Positions 33,522 through 42,692 of a DNA stretch of 64,000 nt are shown piece after piece. Source of the DNA: Brevibacterium luteolum (GTDB taxonomy: Bacteria; Actinomycetota; Actinomycetes; Actinomycetales; Brevibacteriaceae); contig NZ_JABEMC010000006.1 in assembly GCF_013004595.1 (NCBI RefSeq), forward strand, positions 1 to 64,000, written 5' to 3'. Within the stretch, counting starts at the first letter, position 1. Every line of letters starts with the position of its first letter. The notes beneath the pieces were generated by a model that was not told the DNA's origin, did no database searches, and saw only the letters and a list, made by a program, of their open reading frames with translations. Position numbers and translations under genes: made by a program.

Positions 33522-34247
33522 TCAGCTGCCGGTGCCGATGACCTCTTGCGCAAACGCGTCGAAGAGTGCCTGGGCGTCGCGGGCGCTGGTAGCTTCGACC
33601 GCGTCGGCTTCGGCGACGAGGGTGTCCTTGTCGAAGCCGAGGGCGGCGAGCTTGTCAGCCTCCCAGCCGCGCACGGACTCGGCCGAGGCTTCGGGGTGGA
33701 ACTGCATGCCCCACGACCGGCCGACGCGGAACGCCTGGACCTCACACAGTTCGCTGCTGGCCAGCAGGGTCGCCTCCGGCGGTAGTGCGGTGATCCGGTC
33801 AACGTGGCTTTCGATAAAGTGCGTCCGCCGGCTCACCTGGCCGAACACCGGATCCTCGACTGCGGCTGGCAGCATCGTGATTGCTGTCGCGCCCTTCTCC
33901 GGGGCGCCGGTCTGGGCGCGGACCTCACCGCCGGTGATGTGGGCCAGCAGCTGCCCGCCGAGGCAGATGCCCAGCTGCGGCTTGTCAGCGTCCAGTGCGG
34001 CCTGGGCGAGCGCTGCCTCGTTCTTAAGCCACGGCGCCCGGTCGGTCTCATCGGGCATGAGCCCACCGCCTAAGTAGACGAACCCGTCGTAGGCGTCCAC
34101 CGCCTCGGGCCCGGGCACCGCATTCCACGTGCCGTCACGGCCGGGGCCGATGCGGATGTCGACGTCGATGTGGTGGGCGATGAGCCGGGTGAGCAGCCGG
34201 CGCGGCTGGGAGTCGATGTCGTTGACGATCATGAGGACCCGGGTCAT
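33522..34247 (-). CDS. type 1 glutamine amidotransferase-like hydrolase
   Basis: GICLGGQ nucleophile and QFHPE. Confidence 0.88.
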   Translation of the reverse strand: MTRVLMIVNDIDSQPRRLLTRLIAHHIDVDIRIGPGRDGTWNAVPGPEAVDAYDGFVYLGGGLMPDETDRAPWLKNEAALAQAALDADKPQLGICLGGQLLAHITGGEVRAQTGAPEKGATAITMLPAAVEDPVFGQVSRRTHFIESHVDRITALPPEATLLASSELCEVQAFRVGRSWGMQFHPEASAESVRGWEADKLAALGFDKDTLVAEADAVEATSARDAQALFDAFAQEVIGTGS

Positions 34248-35293
34248 GCGAACTCCTGACCTGCGGCGATGAAGCGGCGGTAGTTGTCGTCGTTGGCCTC
34301 GAGTACCCGCAGCACATTGTGGAACCCGAGCTTTGTGAGGTCTGCCTCGGACCAGCGACGGTTGCGCAGCTCGTTGATGAGTGCTGGGTAGGTGCCGGCG
34401 TTGTCGAGGCCGGTGGGGAAGGCGTCGGTGCCGCAGAAGTCGGAACCGAGCCCGAGGTGGTCGACGCCGATGCGTTCGCGCACGTAGTCGATGTGGTCGG
34501 CGACATCGGCGATCGTCACCTCTGGGGCGGTGCCCTTCTCGCCGTCTTTGACCCATGCGTAGCGGGCTTCGGAGACGAAGGAGGGCACGAAGGTGAGCAT
34601 GTGGACGCCACCGTTGGCCGGCAGCCGGTCGATGATCTCATCGGGGACGTTGCGCGGGTGCGAGCACAGCGCCTGGGCGTTCGAATGGGTGAACAGCACC
34701 GGCAGCTCGCTGATCTCCAAGGCCTGGTCCATGACGGTGGGGGCGACGTGCGAAAGGTCGAGGATCATGCCGATCCGGTTCATCTCGGCAACGACCTCGC
34801 GGCCGAAGTCGCTGAGACCGCCGTGGACGGGATCGTCGGTGGCCGAATCCGCCCAGCTGTGGGTCGTCGACCACGTCAGGGTCATGTAGCGGGCGCCGAG
34901 CCGGGCGAACATGCGCAGGGCGCCGAGGGATTCGTTGATCTGGTTGCCGCCTTCGATGCCGAGCAGCCCGCCGATCCTCCCGGAGGTGCGGGCGGCACGG
35001 ATCGCCTCGGCGGTCGTCGCCCAGGCGAGTTCGTCGGGGTAGGCGGTGATGAGCCGGTCGACGAGGTCGATCTGCTCGAGCGTGACGCGCACGGCTTCAT
35101 CCCCGGTGACATCGGAGTGGACGAACACTGACCAGAACTGGGCGGCGACACCGCCTGCGCGCAGCTGCGGAATGACCGTCTGCGGAGCGGTCGCAGGATC
35201 AGTGAGCCCGGCGACGGAGGAGTCGCGGGTCTCGCGCAGGTAGTAGGGCAGGTCGTTGTGGCCGTCGAAGATCGGGATGGGCTCTGCGGTCAT
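34244..35293 (-). CDS. membrane dipeptidase (M19)
   Basis: DGHNDLP, GIEG, DLSH, THSN, HPRNVPD, GSDFCG. Confidence 0.92.
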   Translation of the reverse strand: MTAEPIPIFDGHNDLPYYLRETRDSSVAGLTDPATAPQTVIPQLRAGGVAAQFWSVFVHSDVTGDEAVRVTLEQIDLVDRLITAYPDELAWATTAEAIRAARTSGRIGGLLGIEGGNQINESLGALRMFARLGARYMTLTWSTTHSWADSATDDPVHGGLSDFGREVVAEMNRIGMILDLSHVAPTVMDQALEISELPVLFTHSNAQALCSHPRNVPDEIIDRLPANGGVHMLTFVPSFVSEARYAWVKDGEKGTAPEVTIADVADHIDYVRERIGVDHLGLGSDFCGTDAFPTGLDNAGTYPALINELRNRRWSEADLTKLGFHNVLRVLEANDDNYRRFIAAGQEFA

Positions 35294-35368
35294 CGGGGTC
35301 CTTTCGGTCGGTGGCGCAGGTGTGGGGATTGGAGCCGGCGCAGGTCAGGTGTGCGAATCAGGCGCGGT

Positions 35369-36172
35369 TCAGGCGTGCAGATGGTCGCTGATGAGGCCGC
35401 CGGCTGCGCGCATGAGCGGCATGACCTCCAGCACCCGGTCGGTGCCCGGCGCCCAGTTGGCGAACACGGCGTAGGCCACCCGGCGCTGGCGGGTGAAGGC
35501 GATGCCGGTGTCGGCGCGGACGGTGTCGTCGGTGCCGGTCTTGTTCACGATCCACTCCCCGCGCGTGTAGTAGTAGTGCGCCAGCGGGTCGGGCTCAAAG
35601 TAGGAGGCGACCATTGATGTGTCGGCTCCGGCGCCGAGCCACCGGCGCATGATCTCCGAGGTCGAGGAGTCGAAGAGCTCATCGAGCGACAGCCGTGCCA
35701 TGTAGTCGCTCAGCTCACCGGCGGTCCCAGACGACAGGCGAGCCGGGGCGCCTGCCGGACGCGGCCAGCGCAGGAAGTCGTGCAGGGCGGAGTCGGTGTA
35801 GCCGAGTGCGGCGACCTCCTCGGCGACGCGGTCGAGGCCGATGCGGGAGATGAGGACGTTGGTGGCGTAGTTGTCGCTGAAGGCGCCGATGAGCATGCCG
35901 ATGTCGTGGACCGTGAGGTCCGGCTGATCCAGCAGGTACCACAGCCCGGATTCGTGCACCCGCTCGGCAGCGGTGCGGGTGAGGCGCTCCTCGAGTCGCA
36001 GCTCGCCGGCCTCGCGCATCCGCAGTGCGGCGTGGAGTAAGAAGATCTTGGCGATCGAGGCGGTCGAGAGCACCCGGTCCGGCTGGTGACTGAAGACCTC
36101 ATAGCCGGTGTCGATGTCGATGGCGCGGGCGGAGAATTCGACCCCGTCGAGCTGGGTGAAGATGTCGGTCAT
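35369..36172 (-). CDS. serine hydrolase, class A beta-lactamase-like fold
   Basis: SIAK (SxxK), SDN, KTG motifs. No signal peptide. Confidence 0.88.
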   Translation of the reverse strand: MTDIFTQLDGVEFSARAIDIDTGYEVFSHQPDRVLSTASIAKIFLLHAALRMREAGELRLEERLTRTAAERVHESGLWYLLDQPDLTVHDIGMLIGAFSDNYATNVLISRIGLDRVAEEVAALGYTDSALHDFLRWPRPAGAPARLSSGTAGELSDYMARLSLDELFDSSTSEIMRRWLGAGADTSMVASYFEPDPLAHYYYTRGEWIVNKTGTDDTVRADTGIAFTRQRRVAYAVFANWAPGTDRVLEVMPLMRAAGGLISDHLHA

Positions 36173-37155
36173 CGAGTCCTTTCCATCGGGGCGATCGTGA
36201 GGCTCACCGCGCCCGAGTCGGTGGCTGGGCTGCCGGCGGTGAGCTGGGCGGGCACTCCCAACGGTATCGAACCGGCGTGCGGATGGTGGCCGAGCTCGGC
36301 CTCCCACACCACCGGGATACCGGCGTCTGCGAAGTACTCGCGCAGCAGTTCGCGCTGGGCGGGCTTCTCCCCGCAGTTCTCCCAGGAGCCGAGCACCACC
36401 GCACCGGCGCGGGCGAGCCAGCCGGCGCGCTTCAGCTGCAGCAGCAGGTTGTCGAGCCGGTAGACCTCCTCGTCGACGTCTTCGAGGATGAGGATGCCCG
36501 GTTCCTCCGGGGCGCCGGGCGCGAACTCCGGGGAGCCGAGGCCGGCGGCGAGCAGACTGAGGTTGCCGCCGTAGGTGATGCCGAAGTGCTCGCCGGGCAC
36601 GAGCGCCTCGGCGTGCTCACCGAGGCTGACCGGCTGGTCGGCCCATGGACTGAACAGCCAGCGATGCACGTCGGTGCGGATCCGCTCGCTGCTGCGGAAG
36701 ACGTCGTTGCCGACCATCGGGCAGAACAGGGTCGGGATTCTCAGGTGGTGCGCCCAGGCCTGGTGCAGAGCGGTGAGGTCACTCGAGCCGGTCAGCAGCT
36801 TCGCCCGCCCGTCCGGGCGCAGCGCAGCAGCGGCGAGGGCGTCGAAGTCGAGGCCGTCGATGAGGCGCATCGCCCCGAACCCGCCGCGCAAGGCGATGAC
36901 CGCGGCCGCATCTGGGTCGGTCCATGCCTCGATGAGGTCTGCTGACCGTTCGGCGTCGCTGCCGGCAAGGTAGCTCGCCCGCCGGTCGACTGACCGCAGG
37001 TGGGTGCCGGCCTTCACTTCCAGACCCCAGTCTTCGAGGCAGGCGATGGCCGGTTCGACGGTGCCCTCAGGTGCCGGCCCGGAGGGTGCGATGAGCCAGA
37101 CCCGGTCGCCGGCTGCCAGGGGTGCCTGAGCGGTGTGCCCGGTGGGGTCCGTCAC
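36169..37155 (-). CDS. LD-carboxypeptidase (S66)
   Basis: RGGFG, GSSDLT, GGNLS, LEDVDE, LGH. Confidence 0.9.
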   Translation of the reverse strand: MTDPTGHTAQAPLAAGDRVWLIAPSGPAPEGTVEPAIACLEDWGLEVKAGTHLRSVDRRASYLAGSDAERSADLIEAWTDPDAAAVIALRGGFGAMRLIDGLDFDALAAAALRPDGRAKLLTGSSDLTALHQAWAHHLRIPTLFCPMVGNDVFRSSERIRTDVHRWLFSPWADQPVSLGEHAEALVPGEHFGITYGGNLSLLAAGLGSPEFAPGAPEEPGILILEDVDEEVYRLDNLLLQLKRAGWLARAGAVVLGSWENCGEKPAQRELLREYFADAGIPVVWEAELGHHPHAGSIPLGVPAQLTAGSPATDSGAVSLTIAPMERTR

Positions 37156-38963
37156 TGCGGGTTCACCGCCTGCGCGACACCGCCGGAGTGCTGGGAGGCA
37201 CCCGTGCGCTCAGTGGCGCTGTGCTGGGAGGCACCCGGGCGCCAGGGGGTGCCCGGCGCCTCGGACGCGGTCATCGCGACCCGCTGGGAACGGAAGCTCG
37301 GCACGGCGGCCAGCAGCTGGCGGGTGTAGTCGTGCTGCGGATCGAGCAGCACCTGTTCGACCGGCCCGCGCTCGACGATCTCACCGCGGTACATCACCGC
37401 GACCGTGTCGGCGATGTTCCAGGCCAGGCCGAGGTCGTGGGTGATGACGAGCGCGGTGAGCCCGAGGTTCTTCTTCAGCGCGAGGATGAGCGAGAGGATC
37501 TCCCCGCGCACGGAGGCATCGAGGGAGGCGACCGGTTCATCGGCGATGAGGATGTCGGGGTTGAGGGCGAGCGCGCTGGCGATGACGACGCGCTGACGCT
37601 GCCCGCCGGAGAGCTCCTGCGGAATCGGTTCGAAGAAGTCCTCACCGGGGATGAGCTCAGTCGATTCGAGGCTCTCGCGCACGCGCTCGCGCTCATCGCC
37701 GGTGAACTTCTGCACCCGCAGACCCTCAGCGACCGATTCGTACGCCGACAATGCCGGGTTGAGTGATCCTGACGGGTCCTGCAGGATCATCTGCACGTCC
37801 CGGCGGAACGCGCGCAGACCCTTCGCCGAGGTGGGCAGCGGCTTGCCGCGGAAGGTGAGCGTCGAGCCGCGATCCGGTGGCTGCAGACCGAGCAGTGCGC
37901 GAGCCAGGGTCGTCTTGCCCGAACCGGACTGGCCGACGACGGCGAGGATCTCCGAGCGGTGCAGGGTGAGGTCGACGTTGCGCACAGCACGCACGGTGCG
38001 CCCGCGGGCGGAGAAGGTGACGTTGAGGTTCTCGGCGGCGAGCATCACCTCGTCGGTCATCTCGTGTGGGGTGTCGGTGGTGATGCGGGCGGGGTTGCGG
38101 GTCATCGGGTTGAGCCGGGAGTCCGGGTCGCCGATGGTGGGGAACGCGTCGGCCAGCTGCCGGGTGTACTCCTCCTTGGGGTCGTTGCACACCTGTTCAG
38201 ACGGGCCGAGTTCGACGATCTCGCCATCGCGCATGATCGCCAGCCGGTCGCAGGCGGCGGCGAGGACGGACAGGTCGTGGGAGATCATGAGCAGCGAGAT
38301 ACCGCGGGCTTCGACGAGTGCGCGCAGGCGGGTGAGGATCTGTTCCTGGACGATGACGTCGAGGGCGGTGGTCGGCTCGTCGGCGATGATGATGTCCGGG
38401 TCGCAGGCCAGCGCCATCGCGATCATGACGCGCTGCTTCTGCCCGCCGGAGAGCTCATGCGGATACGATTTCGCGATCTCGGGTCCGAGGTCGACGTGGC
38501 CGAGCAGCTCGTGCATGCGCGTGCTGCGGGCGGCATCGGTGCGCCAGTCGTCCTTGACGTGGAGTTCAAGGGCTTCGAGGATCTGCTTGCCGACCGGGCG
38601 GACCGGGTTGAGCGAGTGCAGGGCGCCCTGGAAGATGATCGCGGCCTGCGACCAGCGCACCGCGCGCATCTGCCCGAAGTTCAGCTCCGCGATGTCGGTG
38701 CCGCCTAAGCGCACCTGACCGGTCAGCGCCGCATTGTGCGGCAGCAGCCGCAGCGCCGAAAGGATGAGCGTCGATTTCCCGGAACCGGATTCGCCGGCGA
38801 TGCCGAGGGTGCCACCGGCAGGCAGTTCGAGGGTGACGTTCTTGACCGCGGCGATGTCGCCGCGGGAGGTGCGCGAGGAGTACAGGATCGAGACGTCGTC
38901 GAAGACGAGGTCGCTGCCGGCCGGCTGGGCTCCCGAGGCGGTGGCTGGGTCGGTTCTGCTCAT
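37152..38963 (-). CDS. peptide ABC transporter, fused double ATPase
   Basis: Two Walker A motifs (GESGSGKS, GQSGSGKT) and two LSGGQ signatures. Confidence 0.93.
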   Translation of the reverse strand: MSRTDPATASGAQPAGSDLVFDDVSILYSSRTSRGDIAAVKNVTLELPAGGTLGIAGESGSGKSTLILSALRLLPHNAALTGQVRLGGTDIAELNFGQMRAVRWSQAAIIFQGALHSLNPVRPVGKQILEALELHVKDDWRTDAARSTRMHELLGHVDLGPEIAKSYPHELSGGQKQRVMIAMALACDPDIIIADEPTTALDVIVQEQILTRLRALVEARGISLLMISHDLSVLAAACDRLAIMRDGEIVELGPSEQVCNDPKEEYTRQLADAFPTIGDPDSRLNPMTRNPARITTDTPHEMTDEVMLAAENLNVTFSARGRTVRAVRNVDLTLHRSEILAVVGQSGSGKTTLARALLGLQPPDRGSTLTFRGKPLPTSAKGLRAFRRDVQMILQDPSGSLNPALSAYESVAEGLRVQKFTGDERERVRESLESTELIPGEDFFEPIPQELSGGQRQRVVIASALALNPDILIADEPVASLDASVRGEILSLILALKKNLGLTALVITHDLGLAWNIADTVAVMYRGEIVERGPVEQVLLDPQHDYTRQLLAAVPSFRSQRVAMTASEAPGTPWRPGASQHSATERTGASQHSGGVAQAVNPQ

Positions 38964-39973
38964 CAGCGGCTCCTCAGGGTCGGGTTGGCGATGGCTTCGA
39001 TGGCCCGGCCCACCAGGGTGAAGGCCAGGACCACCGCGACGATGGCGAGCCCGGGGGTGAGGATGTACCACCAGTAGCCCGAGGTCGCGGCCGAGACGTC
39101 CATCGCGTTCTTCAGGATCGTGCCCCACGACTGCTGCGTGGTGTCGCCCAGGCCCAAGAAGGCCAGCGTCGATTCGGCGATGATCGCCGAGCCGACGGTC
39201 AGGGTGGTGTTGGCGAGCACGAGCGGCATAACGGCCGGCAGCAGGTGGGTGCGGATGATGTGCCAGTGCCCGGCGCCGAGCACTTTGGCCCGTTCGATGT
39301 AGAGCCGGGACTCAGCCGACAGCGTCTGGGCGCGCACGATGCGCGCGGTGCCGGCCCAGGAGGTGATGCCGATGGCGATGACAATCGTGAGGACGCCGCG
39401 TTCGAGCACTGAGGACAGCACGATCGCCAGCAGCAGGGAGGGCAGCACCAGGAAGAAGTCGATGATGCGCATGATGAGCCCGCCGAACAGCCCTGAGAAA
39501 TGGCCGGCGGCCATGCCCATGATGGTGCCGATGACCATCGACATCGCAGTCGCAGCCAGGCCGACGATGAGGGAGACCCGGGCGCCCCACACGAGGCGGG
39601 CCCACAGCTCGCGGCCGTAGTTGTCGGTGCCCAGCGGGTGTTCGGCCGAGGGCGGTGCGTAGCGCGGCTGGTCGAGGTTCTGGGTGACGTCGAGCATGGA
39701 CCGGTCGGCGATGAGCGGGGCGAATGCGGCGACGAGGACGACGAGGATGAGGACGATCCCGCCGGCGGCTCCAGCGCGGTCCTCCAAGAAGACCTTCCAG
39801 TTCTTCTGTGCGGCGGCCAGGCGGCGGTTCCAGGCGAGTGCCCGCGGGCTGGCCGGACCCGAGGCGGTGGCTGGGCCGGTCCTGCTGGTGCCTGGCTGGC
39901 TGGTCTTACTAGCGCCGGGCTGGCTGGTGCTGGGCTGGCTGGTGCTGGGCTGGCTGGTGCTGGAATGTGCCAT
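38963..39973 (-). CDS. peptide ABC permease (DppC/OppC-like)
   Basis: HPLGTDNYGR, GARVSL, ESTLAFLGLG, SWG. Confidence 0.92.
   Translation of the reverse strand: MAHSSTSQPSTSQPSTSQPGASKTSQPGTSRTGPATASGPASPRALAWNRRLAAAQKNWKVFLEDRAGAAGGIVLILVVLVAAFAPLIADRSMLDVTQNLDQPRYAPPSAEHPLGTDNYGRELWARLVWGARVSLIVGLAATAMSMVIGTIMGMAAGHFSGLFGGLIMRIIDFFLVLPSLLLAIVLSSVLERGVLTIVIAIGITSWAGTARIVRAQTLSAESRLYIERAKVLGAGHWHIIRTHLLPAVMPLVLANTTLTVGSAIIAESTLAFLGLGDTTQQSWGTILKNAMDVSAATSGYWWYILTPGLAIVAVVLAFTLVGRAIEAIANPTLRSR
39917..39961 (-). repeat. coding VNTR, 3 x 15 bp (STSQP)
   Basis: GGGCTGGCTGGTGCT x3 perfect on the + strand, with degenerate copies adjacent. Confidence 0.85.
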
Positions 39974-39974
39974 C

Positions 39975-41027
39975 TCATGCCCTCCTGACACGCGGGTCGA
40001 GCTGCCGGTAGATGAGGTCGGCGAGCAGATTCATGATGATGATCGCCGAGGAGAACACGACGAAGGTGCCCTGCAGCAGCGGCAGGTCCGGACCCGAGAT
40101 CGCCTCATAGGTCAGCTTCCCCAGCCCCGGCCACGAGAACACCGTCTCGACGGTAACCGCACCGGTGATGAGCCCGCCGATGTGCATGAACACGAGTGTG
40201 ACCGTCGGCAGCAGCGCATTGGGCACCGCATGCTTGAGCCGCACATCATCCTCGCGCAGGCCCTTGGCGCGGGCGGTCGTGAGGTAGTCGGCGCTCATCT
40301 CGCCGAGCAGCGAGGCGCGCATGACCATGAGGTACTGGGCGTAGACGACAGCGGTCATCGTGATGACCGGCAGGATCAGATGCTTGGCGACGTCGACGAC
40401 GTATTCGAGGCTGCCGGACTCGACACCAGGTGAGACCATTCCGCCGGTCGGCAGCCATTGCAGCCGGCCGGCGAAGATCATGAGCAGCAGCAGCGCCAGC
40501 CAGAAGGTCGGCACCGACCAGAACACGAGGCTGGTCGAGGTGGTGAGCTTGTCGAACAGCGAACCGCGCTTCCAGGCCGCCAGCTGTCCCATCCACAGCC
40601 CGAGGGCGATCGCGAGGATCGCCGCCGTGCCGGTGAGCAGCAGGGTCGGCCAGGCGTACTCGGCGATGAGCTGGCTGACCGGCTGCCGGTAGACGTAGCT
40701 GGTGCCCAGATTGCCGGTGAAGATGCCCACGAGGTAGTCCCAGAACTGCACGACCAGCGGCTTGTCGAGGCCGTACTCGGCGCGCAGCAACTCCATCTGC
40801 TCCGGGCTCATCTGGCGTTCGCGGGCGATCTTCTGCACCGGGTCGCCGGGCAGGATCCTGAAGGCGAAGAAGCCCAGCAGCACGACCATCAGCAGGCTGA
40901 TGAGCGCCCCGCCGACCTTGCGCAGCAGGTATCCGCCGAACGACTGCCCCGGTGGGGGTGCGTCGATGTCCTCCCGCCCGTCGGCCGACTGCGGGTCGGC
41001 TGCCTCGGTCTCTGCGTTCACTGACAC
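39975..41027 (-). CDS. peptide ABC permease (DppB/OppB-like)
   Basis: PGDP, YGLDKP, TARAKGL, ETVFSWPGLG, LDPRVR. Confidence 0.92.
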   Translation of the reverse strand: MSVNAETEAADPQSADGREDIDAPPPGQSFGGYLLRKVGGALISLLMVVLLGFFAFRILPGDPVQKIARERQMSPEQMELLRAEYGLDKPLVVQFWDYLVGIFTGNLGTSYVYRQPVSQLIAEYAWPTLLLTGTAAILAIALGLWMGQLAAWKRGSLFDKLTTSTSLVFWSVPTFWLALLLLMIFAGRLQWLPTGGMVSPGVESGSLEYVVDVAKHLILPVITMTAVVYAQYLMVMRASLLGEMSADYLTTARAKGLREDDVRLKHAVPNALLPTVTLVFMHIGGLITGAVTVETVFSWPGLGKLTYEAISGPDLPLLQGTFVVFSSAIIIMNLLADLIYRQLDPRVRRA

Positions 41028-41183
41028 GTCAGTCTCCTGCCTTCCACACGCTGCCGCACACGTGCGCAGCGCAGTCATGGTGCTCATAGTGACCGGAGCC
41101 CGGTCCCGAGGCGGGGCGCACGCGGGTGCCGCCCACCGCCTCCGGCACGGGGTGTCCTGTCACCGGATCAGCCGGCCACCTGG

Positions 41184-41489
41184 TCAGGCGCGGTCCTCGG
41201 CCTTGCGGCGGCGCAGCGCCAGCGGGATGCCGATGGCGCCGGCGAGCACAGCGATGCCGATGCCCACCCAGGCGATCGCGGAGAGTCCTCCCCCGCTGTC
41301 ACCGGTGTCGGCCTCAGCGGCCGGTTCGGCGGACAGGAAGCCCCAATAACCGGACTGGTTGCCGATGACGCCGCCGTCGGTGGGCTGGGTGGTGAAGCCA
41401 GTAAAGCGGTCCGAGCGGAAGGCCTCGAGCTGGCTGGGGTACCACAGTGTGATCTGCGCGACGTCGTCATAGTGCTGCTGCAGGGCCTG
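41184..41489 (-). pseudogene. C-terminal remnant of the peptide ABC substrate-binding protein
   Basis: About 100 aa: YDDVAQITLWYPSQLEAFRSDRFTGFTTQP..GYWG plus TM and RRRK tail. Only ~170 bp separate it from the ssrA terminator, too little for the N-terminal part. Confidence 0.75.
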
Positions 41490-41656
41490 GGGCTGTTCCT
41501 CACCTGGCCGGTGTGTGCGATCTGGGCTGGCGTCGCGGCTGGCAACCACAATGCGCGGGCGCGTCAGCAGGCGTACGCGGCGATGAACCGGCCGCCGGGA
41601 TGGTGAGGCGACCACCGCCTCGGTCCGGGTGAGCATCGCGGCCCAGCGGACATGAC

Positions 41657-41699
41657 AAAAGCCCTGTGGGCCGGTGATGCACCGGCCCACAGGGCTTTT
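41657..41699. terminator. ssrA terminator
   Basis: Perfect 20-bp IR AAAAGCCCTGTGGGCCGGTG-atg-CACCGGCCCACAGGGCTTTT. Confidence 0.9.
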
Positions 41700-41704
41700 C
41701 GAAA

Positions 41705-42079
41705 GTGGAGATGGCGGGAATCGAACCCGCGTCCGTCGGCAAGTTATCGGGACTTCTCCGGGCGCAGTTCGTGAAAACGTCTCTTAGGTCCTGGCCCTCG
41801 CACGAACACGGTGGCCAACGAACGGAGTTGAGTAAGTGTTCCACTGACATCCCCAACATATGCCAGCGGCAGTGGCTCCCTAGCTGATGCCAGGAACTAG
41901 AGCGGAAGCGACTCTAGGCTGACAGAATCGCAGCTCGCTGAAATCAGGCAGCGAGGGCGAATTCGGTGCGGTCGTTAGACTTAGCACTTATTTTTTTGCA
42001 GAGAACGTTAACGAGATGACTCTACATTCTCGGCCCGCTTCTCCCGACGCATTGAACGACGTCGAAACCGATCATCCCC
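41705..42079 (-). ncRNA. ssrA: tmRNA; tag reading frame 41985-41944 encodes AKSNDRTEFALAA*
   Basis: 5' GGGGATGATCGGTTTCGAC, 3' GGACGCGGGTTCGATTCCCGCCATCTCCAC. The tag ends in FALAA. Lies next to smpB. Confidence 0.98.
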
Positions 42080-42300
42080 GTATTCACTTTCCAAACAACC
42101 CGCTGGCGGGGCCACCCTGGGGCGACTGTCCGTCAACGGCAGACCGTGAGTCTATCAGCACAACATGCGGCCGCCCAAGTCTATTCCTGGCGGTAGGGTT
42201 CCGGCCGGTGCATTGCATCACCGCGACGGGCGGCGGCAGTCAGAACCGCTGGTTCGATTCCCACGTCCGCAGGTGGCGCAGACGACCATAGGTCACACTC

Positions 42301-42614
42301 TTTTCCACAAGCCAGCCCACTGTCCACAGCCCCCGTTCAAAACTGTGGAAACCCGGCTGTTTCCTTACAGGGCAAGGCTTTGCGGCGTTTGCACTCGACC
42401 TCAGCGTCGGCCTCTATCACAGCCCGCGAAATCCTGCATCGATACTGGTCAGAGAACTGTCAGGTGGGGGTCTGCGCTTAGCTGGGATGAGTCCGGATGA
42501 GCTCATACACAGCAGCGAGGATGTTATCCACACATATCCACAGATACTGTGGACAACATGTCTGCAATCCACACCTAACCACAGGCCAGAGGTGGGATGG
42601 CATGCTGTGGATGG
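42301..42614. promoter_or_regulatory. cluster of DnaA-box-like 9-mers
   Basis: Perfect TTATCCACA (42524) and TTGTCCACA (42556-42548, minus), plus eight copies with 1-2 mismatches. Confidence 0.7.
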
Positions 42615-42692
42615 CCCGCCTCGGGAACGGCCCCACGAGAGGTCACAGGCACGTATGGACCAGGCGGCAGCGCCACTGCCGCCTCCTCAGAA

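Noticed and set aside
35369..36172. Beta-lactam resistance gene
   Set aside because: No signal peptide, and it is embedded in a peptide-catabolism operon. The fold alone does not show resistance.
41490..41705. Prophage or genomic island integrated at ssrA
   Set aside because: No integrase and no duplicated ssrA 3' end in the window. The terminator follows directly.
42080..42690. oriC
   Set aside because: No dnaA/dnaN/rpmH context and no clear AT-rich unwinding element. Kept only as a DnaA-box cluster.
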